This document shows positions 54,401 through 64,000 of a stretch of 64,000 bases of DNA, in pieces. The stretch comes from Auanema rhodensis (taxonomy: Eukaryota; Animalia; Nematoda), in contig OZ059897.1 of the NCBI GenBank assembly GCA_964057225.1, forward strand, positions 21,514,001-21,578,000, in the 5' to 3' direction. The position numbers and the translations under genes were made by a program. The notes beneath the pieces were generated by a model. It had not been told where the DNA came from, searched no databases, and was given only the letters and a program-made list of their open reading frames with translations. The first letter of the stretch is position 1. Each line of letters begins with the position of its first letter.

Positions 54401-57400
54401 CGCTTCACGTGAAAGATAAAGAGATTCGGTTTTCAAAATTAGATTCCCCATGTCCATATTAGTCTAAAAACAAATTTTTATTGATATTGGTTCATGGTAA
54501 CCATGACTTTGAATATTACGTGAACTTTAATTTATGCTAATTGAATGTACACGTGATGTGCACTTGGTATGTAACTCGCTTCACGTGAAAGATAAAGAGA
54601 TGCGGTTTTCAAAATTAGATTCCCCATGTCCATATTAGTCTAAAAACAAATTTTTATTGATATTGGTTCATGGTAACCATGACTTTGAAATTTACGTGAA
54701 CTTTAATTTATGCTAATTAAATGTACACGTGATGTGCACTTGGTATGTAACTCGCTTCACGTGAAAGATAAAGAGATGCGGTTTTCAAAATTAGATTCCC
54801 CATGTCCATATTAGTCTAAAAACAAATTTTTATTGATATTGGTGCATGGTAACCATGACTTTGAAATTTACGTGAACTTTAATTTATGCTAATTAAATGT
54901 ACACGTGATGTGCACTTGGTATGTAACTCGCTTCACGTGAAAGATGAAGAGATGCGGTTTTCAAAATTAGATTCCCCATGTCCATATTAGTCTAAAAACA
55001 AATTTTTATTGATATTGGTGCATGGTAACCATGACTTTGAAATTTACGTGAACTTTAATTTATGCTAATTAAATGTACACGTGATGTGCACTTGGTATGT
55101 AACTCGCTTCACGTAAAAGATGAAGAGATGCGGTTTTCAAAATTGGATTCCCCATGTCCATATTAGTCTAAAAATAAATTTTTATTGATATTGGTGCATG
55201 GTAACCATGACTTTGAAATTTACGTGAACTTTAATTTATGCTAATTAAATGTACACGTGATGTGCACTTGGTATGTAACTCGCTTCACGTGAAAGATAAA
55301 GAGATGCGGTTTTCAAAATTAGATTCCCCATGTCCATATTAGTCTAAAAACAAATTTTTATTGATATTGGTTCATGGTAACCATGACTTTGAAATTTACG
55401 TGAACTTTAATTTATGCTAATTAAATGTACACGTGATGTGCACTTGGTATGTAACTCGCTTCACGTGAAAGATAAAGAGATGCGGTTTTCAAAATTAGAT
55501 TCCCCATGTCCATATTAGTCTAAAAACAAATTTTTATTGATATTGGTTCATGGTAACCATGACTTTGAAATTTACGTGAACTTTAATTTATGCTAATTAA
55601 ATGTACACGTGATGTGCACTTGGTATGTAACTCGCTTCACGTGAAAGATAAAGAGATGCGGTTTTCAAAATTAGATTCCCCATGTCCATATTAGTCTAAA
55701 AACAAATTTTTATTGATATTGGTTCATGGTAACCATGACTTTGAAATTTACGTGAACTTTAATTTATGCTAATTAAATGTACACGTGATGTGCACTTGGT
55801 ATGTAACTCGCTTCACGTGAAAGATAAAGAGATGCGGTTTTCAAAATTAGATTCCCCATGTCCATATTAGTTTAAAAACAAATTGTTATTGATATTGGTT
55901 CATGGTAACCATGACTTTGAAATTTACGTGAACTTTAATTTATGCTAATTAAATGTACACGTGATGTGCACTTGGTATGTAACTCGCTTCACGTGAAAGA
56001 TAAAGAGATGCGGTTTTCAAAATTAGATTCCCCATGTCCATATTAGTCTAAAAACAAATTTTTATTGATATTGGTGCATGGTAACCATGACTTTGAAATT
56101 TACGTGAACTTTAATTTGTGCTAATTAAATGTACACGTGATGTGCACTTGGTATGTAACTCGCTTCACGTGAAAGATAAAGAGATTCGGTTTTCAAAATT
56201 AGATTCCCCATGTCCATATTAGTCTAAAAACAAATTTTTATTGATATTGGTGCATGGTAACCATGACTTTGAAATTTACGTGAACTTAAATTTATGCTAA
56301 TTAAATGTACACGTGATGTGCACTTGGTATGTAACTCGCTTCACGTGAAAGATAAAGAGATGCGGTTTTCAAAATTAGATTCCCCATGTCCATATTAGTC
56401 TAAAAACAAATTTTTATCGATATTGGTTCATGGTAACCATGACTTTGAAATTTACGTGAACTTTAATTTATGCTAATTAAATGTACACGTGATGTGCACT
56501 TGGTATGTAACTCGCTTCACGTGAAAGATAAAGAGATGCGGTTTTCAAAATTATATTCCCCATGTCCATATTAGTCTAAAAACAAATTTTTATTGATATT
56601 GGTGCATGGTAACCATGACTTTGAAATTTACGTGAACTTTAATTTGTGCTAATTAAATGTACACGTGATGTGCACTTGGTATGTAACTCGCTTCACGTGA
56701 AAGATAAAGAGATGCGGTTTTCAAAATTAGATTCCCCATGTCCATATCAGTCTAAAAACAAATTTTTATTGATATTGGTTCATGGTAACCATGACTTTGA
56801 AATTTACGTGAACTTTAATTTATGCTAATTAAATGTACACGTGATGTGCACTTGGTATGTAACTCGCTTCACGTGAAAGATAAAGAGATGCGGTTTTTAA
56901 AATTAGATTCCCCATGTCCATATTAGTCTAAAAACAAATTTTTATTGATATTGGTGCATGGTAACCATGACTTTGAAATTTACGTGAACTTTAATTTATG
57001 CTAATTAAATGTACACGTGATGTGCACTTGGTATGTAACTCGCTTCACGTGAAAGATAAAGAGATGCGGTTTTCAAAATTATATTCCCCATGTCCATATT
57101 AGTCTAAAAACAAATTTTTATTGATATTGGTGCATGGTAACCATGACTTTGAAATTTACGTGAACTTTAATTTGTGCTAATTAAATGTACACGTGATGTG
57201 CACTTGGTATGTAACTCGCTTCACGTGAAAGATAAAGAGATTCGGTTTTCAAAATTAGATTCCCCATGTCCATATTAGTCTAAAAACAAATTTTTATTGA
57301 TATTGGTGCATGGTAACCATGACTTTGAAATTTACGTGAACTTTAATTTATGCTAATTAAATGTACACGTGATGTGCACTTGGTATGTAACTCGCTTCAC

Positions 57401-60400
57401 GTGAAAGATAAAGAGATGCGGTTTTCAAAATTAGATTCCCCATGTCCATATTAGTCTAAAAACAAATTTTTATCGATATTGGTTCATGGTAACCATGACT
57501 TTGAAATTTACGTGAACTTTAATTTATGCTAATTAAATGTACACGTGATGTGCACTTGGTATGTAACTCGCTTCACGTGAAAGATAAAGAGATGCGGTTT
57601 TCAAAATTATATTCCCCATGTCCATATTAGTCTAAAAACAAATTTTTATTGATATTGGTGCATGGTAACCATGACTTTGAAATTTACGTGAACTTTAATT
57701 TGTGCTAATTAAATGTACACGTGATGTGCACTTGGTATGTAACTCGCTTCACGTGAAAGATAAAGAGATGCGGTTTTCAAAATTAGATTCCCCATGTCCA
57801 TATTAGTCTAAAAACAAATTTTTATTGATATTGGTTCATGGTAACCATGACTTTGAAATTTACGTGAACTTTAATTTATGCTAATTAAATGTACACGTGA
57901 TTTGCACTTGGTATGTAACTCGCTTCACGTGAAAGATGAAGAGATGCGGTTTTCAAAATTAGATTCCCCATGTCCATATTAGTCTAAAAACAAATTTTTA
58001 TTGATATTGGTTCATGGTAACCATGACTTTGAAATTTACGTGAACTTTAATTTATGCTAATTGAATTTACACGTGATGTGCACTTGGTATGTAACTCGCT
58101 TCACGTGAAAGATAAAGAGATGCGGTTTTCAAAATTAGATTCCCCATGTCCATATTAGTCTAAAAACTAATTTTTATTGATATTGGTTCATGGTAACCAT
58201 GACTTTGAAATTTACGTGAACTTTAATTTATGCTAATTAAATGTACACGTGATGTGCACTTGGTATGTAACTCGCTTCACGTGAAAGATAAAGAGATGCG
58301 GTTTTCAAAATTAGATTCCCCATGTCCATATTAGTTTAAAAACAAATTTTTATTGATATTGGTGCATGGTAACCATGACTTTGAAATTTACGTGAACTTT
58401 AATTTATGCTAATTAAATGTACACGTGATGTGCACTTGGTATGTAACTCGCTTCACGTGAAAGATAAAGAGATGCGGTTTTCAAAATTAGATTCCCCATG
58501 TCCATATTAGTCTAAAACCAAATTTTTATTGATATTGGTTCATGGTAACCATGACTTTGAAATTTACGTGAACTTTAATTTATGCTAATTAAATGTACAC
58601 GTGATGTGCACTTGGTATGTAACTCGCTTCACGTGAAAGATGAAGAGATGCGGTTTTCAAAATTAGATTCCCCATGTCCATATTAGTCTAAAAACAAATT
58701 TTTATTGATATTGGTTCATGGTAACCATGACTTTGAAATTTACGTGAACTTTAATTTATGCTAATTAAATGTACACGTGATGTGCACTTGGTATGTAACT
58801 CGCTCCACGTGAAAGATAAAGAGATGCGGTTTTCAAAATTAGATTCCCCATGTCCATATTAGTCTAAAAACAAATTTTTATTGATATTGGTTCATGGTAA
58901 CCATGACTTTGAAATTTACGTGAACTTTAATTTATGCTAATTAAATGTACACGTGATGTGCACTTGGTATGTAACTCGCTTCACGTGAAAGATAAAGAGA
59001 TGCGGTTTTTAAAATTAGATTCCCCATGTCCATATTAGTCTAAAAACAAATTTTTATTGATATTGGTGCATGGTAACCATGACTTTGAAATTTACGTGAA
59101 CTTTAATTTATGCTAATTAAAGTACACGTGATGTGCACTTGGTATGTAACTCGCTTCACGTGAAAGATAAAGAGATGCGGTTTTCAAAATTAGATTCCCC
59201 ATCTCCATATTAGTCTAAAAACAAATTTTTATTGATATTGGTGCATGGTAACCATGACTTTGAAATTTACGTGAACTTTAATTTATGCTAATTAAATGTA
59301 CACGTGATGTGCACTTGGTATGTAACTCGCTTCACGTGAAAGATAAAGAGATGCGGTTTTCAAAATTAGATTCCCCATGTCCATATTAGTCTAAAAACAA
59401 ATTTTTATTGATATTGGTTCATGGTAACCATGACTTTGAATATTACGTGAACTTTAATTTATGCTAATTGAATGTACACGTGATGTGCACTTGGTATGTA
59501 ACTCGCTTCACGTGAAAGATAAAGAGATGCGGTTTTCAAAATTAGATTCCCCATGTCCATATTAGTCTAAAAACAAATTTTTATTGATATTGGTTCATGG
59601 TAACCATGACTTTGAATATTACGTGAACTTTAATTTATGCTAATTGAATGTACACGCGATGTGCACTTGGTATGTAACTCGCTTCACGTGAAAGATGAAG
59701 AGATGCGGTTTTCAAAATTAGATTCCCCATGTCCATATTAGTCTAAAAACAAATTTTTATTGATATTGGTTCATGGTAACCATGACTTTGAAATTTACGT
59801 GAACTTTAATTTATGCTAATTAAATGTACACGTGATGTGCACTTGGTATGTAACTCGCTCCACGTGAAAGATAAAGAGATGCGGTTTTCAAAATTAGATT
59901 CCCCATGTCCATATTAGTCTAAAAACAAATTTTTATTGATATTGGTTCATGGTAACCATGACTTTGAAATTTACGTGAACTTTAATTTATGCTAATTAAA
60001 TGTACACGTGATGTGCACTTGGTATGTAACTCGCTTCACGTGAAAGATAAAGAGATGCGGTTTTTAAAATTAGATTCCCCATGTCTATATTAGTCTAAAA
60101 ACAAATTTTTATTGATATTGGTGCATGGTAACCATGACTTTGAAATTTACGTGAACTTTAATTTATGCTAATTAAAGTACACGTGATGTGCACTTGGTAT
60201 GTAACTCGCTTCACGTGAAAGATAAAGAGATGCGGTTTTCAAAATTAGATTCCCCATCTCCATATTAGTCTAAAAACAAATTTTTATTGATATTGGTGCA
60301 TGGTAACCATGACTTTGAAATTTACGTGAACTTTAATTTATGCTAATTAAATGTACACGTGATGTGCACTTGGTATGTAACTCGCTTCACGTGAAAGATA

Positions 60401-63400
60401 AAGAGATGCGGTTTTCAAAATTAGATTCCCCATGTCCATATTAGTCTAAAAACAAATTTTTATTGATATTGGTTCATGGTAACCATGACTTTGAATATTA
60501 CGTGAACTTTAATTTATGCTAATTGAATGTACACGTGATGTGCACTTGGTATGTAACTCGCTTCACGTGAAAGATAAAGAGATGCGGTTTTCAAAATTAG
60601 ATTCCCCATGTCCATATTAGTCTAAAAACAAATTTTTATTGATATTGGTTCATGGTAACCATGACTTTGAATATTACGTGAACTTTAATTTATGCTAATT
60701 GAATGTACACGCGATGTGCACTTGGTATGTAACTCGCTTCACGTGAAAGATAAAGAGATGCGGTTTTCAAAATTAGATTCCCCATGTCCATATTAGTCTA
60801 AAAACAAATTTTTATTGATATTGGTTCATGGTAACCATGACTTTGAAATTTACGTGAACTTTAATTTATGCTAATTAAATGTACACGTGATGTGCACTTG
60901 GTATGTAACTCGCTTCACGTGAAAGATAAAGAGATGCGGTTTTCAAAATTAGATTCCCCATGTCCATATTAGTCTAAAAACAAATTTTTATTGATATTGG
61001 TGCATGGTAACCATGACTTTGAAATTTACGTGAACTTTAATTTATGCTAATTAAATGTACACGTGATGTGCACTTGGTATGTAACTCGCTTCACGTAAAA
61101 GATGAAGAGATGCGGTTTTCAAAATTAGATTCCCCATGTCCATATTAGTCTAAAAACAAATTTTTATTGATATTGGTGCATGGTAACCATGACTTTGAAA
61201 TTTACGTGAACTTTAATTTATGCTAATTAAATGTACACGTGATGTGCACTTGGTATGTAACTTGCTTCACGTGAAAGATCAAGAGATGCGGTTTTCAAAA
61301 TTAGATTCCCCATGTCCATATTAGTCTAAAAACAAATTTTTATTGATATTGGTGCATGGTAACCATGACTTTGAAATTTACGTGAACTTTAATTTATGCT
61401 AATTAAATGTACACGTGATGTGCACTTGGTATGTAACTCGCTTCACGTAAAAGATAAAGAGATTCGGTTCTCAAAATTAGATTCCCCATGTCCATATTAG
61501 TCTAAAAACAAATTTTTATTGATATTGGTGCATGGTAACCATGACTTTGAAATTTACGTGAACTTTAATTTATGCTAATTAAATGTACACGTGATGTGCA
61601 CTTGGTATGTAACTCGCTTCACGTAAAAAATAAAGAGATGCGGTTTTCAAAATTAGATTCCCCATGTCCATATTAGTCTAAAAACAAATTTTTATTGATA
61701 TTGGTGCATGGTAACCATGACTTTGAAATTTACGTGAACTTTAATTTGTGCTAATTAAATGTACACGTGATGTGCACTTGGTATGTAACTCGCTTCACGT
61801 GAAAGATAAAGAGATGCGGTTTTCAAAATTAGATTCCCCATGTCCATATTAGTCTAAAAACAAATTTTTATTGATATTGGTTCATGGTAACCATGACTTT
61901 GAAATTTACGTGAACTTTAATTTATGCTAATTAAATGTACACGTGATTTGCACTTGGTATGTAACTCGCTTCACGTGAAAGATGAAGAGATGCGGTTTTC
62001 AAAATTAGATTCCCCATGTCCATATTAGTCTAAAAACAAATTTTTATTGATATTGGTTCATGGTAACCATGACTTTGAAATTTACGTGAACTTTAATTTA
62101 TGCTAATTAAAGTACACGTGATGTGCACTTGGTATGTAACTCGCTTCACGTGAAAGATAAAGAGATGCGGTTTTCAAAATTAGATTCCCCATCTCCATAT
62201 TAGTCTAAAAACAAATTTTTATTGATATTGGTTCATGGTAACCATGACTTTGAAATTTACGTGAACTTTAATTTATGCTAATTAAATGTACACGTGATGT
62301 GCACTTGGTATGTAACTCGCTTCACGTGAAAGATAAAGAGATGCGGTTTTCAAAATTAGATTCCCCATGTCCATATTAGTCTAAAAACAAATTTTTATTG
62401 ATATTGGTTCATGGTAACCATGACTTTGAATATTACGTGAACTTTAATTTATGCTAATTGAATGTACACGTGATGTGCACTTGGTATGTAACTCGCTTCA
62501 CGTGAAAGATAAAGAGATGCGGTTTTCAAAATTAGATTCCCCATGTCCATATTAGTCTAAAAACAAATTTTTATTGATATTGGTTCATGGTAACCATGAC
62601 TTTGAATATTACGTGAACTTTAATTTATGCTAATTGAATGTACACGCGATGTGCACTTGGTATGTAACTCGCTTCACGTGAAAGATGAAGAGATGCGGTT
62701 TTCAAAATTAGATTCCCCATGTCCATATTAGTCTAAAAACAAATTTTTATTGATATTGGTTCATGGTAACCATGACTTTGAAATTTACGTGAACTTTAAT
62801 TTATGCTAATTAAATGTACACGTGATGTGCACTTGGTATGTAACTCGCTCCACGTGAAAGATAAAGAGATGCGGTTTTCAAAATTAGATTCCCCATGTCC
62901 ATATTAGTCTAAAAACAAATTTTTATTGATATTGGTTCATGGTAACCATGACTTTGAAATTTACGTGAACTTTAATTTATGCTAATTAAATGTACACGTG
63001 ATGTGCACTTGGTATGTAACTCGCTTCACGTGAAAGATAAAGAGATGCGGTTTTTAAAATTAGATTCCCCATGTCTATATTAGTCTAAAAACAAATTTTT
63101 ATTGATATTGGTGCATGGTAACCATGACTTTGAAATTTACGTGAACTTTAATTTATGCTAATTAAAGTACACGTGATGTGCACTTGGTATGTAACTCGCT
63201 TCACGTGAAAGATAAAGAGATGCGGTTTTCAAAATTAGATTCCCCATCTCCATATTAGTCTAAAAACAAATTTTTATTGATATTGGTGCATGGTAACCAT
63301 GACTTTGAAATTTACGTGAACTTTAATTTATGCTAATTAAATGTACACGTGATGTGCACTTGGTATGTAACTCGCTTCACGTGAAAGATAAAGAGATGCG

Positions 63401-64000
63401 GTTTTCAAAATTAGATTCCCCATGTCCATATTAGTCTAAAAACAAATTTTTATTGATATTGGTTCATGGTAACCATGACTTTGAATATTACGTGAACTTT
63501 AATTTATGCTAATTGAATGTACACGTGATGTGCACTTGGTATGTAACTCGCTTCACGTGAAAGATAAAGAGATGCGGTTTTCAAAATTAGATTCCCCATG
63601 TCCATATTAGTCTAAAAACAAATTTTTATTGATATTGGTTCATGGTAACCATGACTTTGAATATTACGTGAACTTTAATTTATGCTAATTGAATGTACAC
63701 GCGATGTGCACTTGGTATGTAACTCGCTTCACGTGAAAGATAAAGAGATGCGGTTTTCAAAATTAGATTCCCCATGTCCATATTAGTCTAAAAACAAATT
63801 TTTATTGATATTGGTTCATGGTAACCATGACTTTGAAATTTACGTGAACTTTAATTTATGCTAATTAAATGTACACGTGATGTGCACTTGGTATGTAACT
63901 CGCTTCACGTGAAAGATAAAGAGATGCGGTTTTCAAAATTAGATTCCCCATGTCCATATTAGTCTAAAAACAAATTTTTATTGATATTGGTGCATGGTAA
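36427..64000 (+). repeat. Sub-domain 4: about three diverged copies of a ~50-58-monomer (8.6-10.2 kb) super-unit starting near 36427, 45051 and 55259
   Basis: Each copy opens with 3-4 identical monomers, then AATTGTTA (37229, 45677, 55885), followed in order by CTTAAA, TATCGATA, GATTTGCAC, TTGAATTT, AAAACCAA, CATCTCC, GAATATT and GATCAAG. Several markers are exactly 8800 bp apart (39170/47970, 41075/49875) or 9680 bp apart (46738/56418). Confidence 0.75.
59100..64000 (+). repeat. Nested HOR: 6-mer (1055-bp) duplication repeated again at +2990 bp (17 monomers)
   Basis: 1-bp deletion TTAAA-GTAC at ~59121, 60176, 62111 and 63166; ACACGCG at ~59657, 60712, 62647 and 63702; TGTCTAT at ~60086 and 63076. 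Confidence 0.88.

Larger units (their letters stand above)
1..64000 (+). repeat. Tandem satellite DNA array, 176-bp monomer, ~363.7 copies, single orientation; probable centromeric/pericentromeric satellite
   Basis: GATGTGCACT recurs at 1, 177, 353 and so on. The display lines return to phase every 2640 bp (15x176) at 1, 2641, 5281, 7921, 10561, 13201 and 15841. Phase then drifts by a total of 10 bp by 63361, matching ten 1-bp deletions. The array runs off both window edges. The centromeric role is inferred from monomer size, AT richness and homogeneity. Confidence 0.98.

Noticed and set aside
46966-56828. Two further 60-aa ORFs (46966 and 56646)
   Set aside because: They arise from TAG to CAG in a duplicated monomer and begin with GTG rather than ATG. 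They are useful only as HOR markers.
1-64000. CRISPR array, integron cassette array or iteron cluster
   Set aside because: There are no unique spacers or cassettes, because the whole 176-bp unit repeats. No cas, integrase or rep genes are present.
1-64000. Variant pattern as a programmed code or diversification system
   Set aside because: The order of variants is adequately explained by nested tandem duplication, unequal exchange and point mutation. No extra mechanism is required.

Overview
The whole 64-kb window is one uninterrupted head-to-tail satellite DNA array of a 176-bp, ~32% GC monomer. It holds about 363 full copies plus a 122-bp partial, all in the same orientation. Consensus, phased from base 1: GATGTGCACTTGGTATGTAACTCGCTTCACGTGAAAGATAAAGAGATGCGGTTTTCAAAATTAGATTCCCCATGTCCATATTAGTCTAAAAACAAATTTTTATTGATATTGGTKCATGGTAACCATGACTTTGAAATTTACGTGAACTTTAATTTATGCTAATTAAATGTACACGT. 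Monomers differ from the consensus by only a few substitutions. There are ten 1-bp deletions and no insertions, transposons, inversions or unique sequence. The organisation is typical of a eukaryotic centromeric or pericentromeric satellite, but I cannot name the family or organism. I found no genes, RNA genes or CRISPR array, and the 11 listed 60-aa ORFs are by-products of the repeat. The informative signal lies in the variant pattern. There are four sub-domains with private variants and irregular, nested higher-order repeats (HORs of 2, 5, 6, 8, 15, 16, 17, 24 and ~50-58 monomers). The monomer is rich in dyads and carries near-invariant ACGT/E-box cores. I do not see a novel protein-coding system. 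All variant calls were read by eye and need confirming by alignment.
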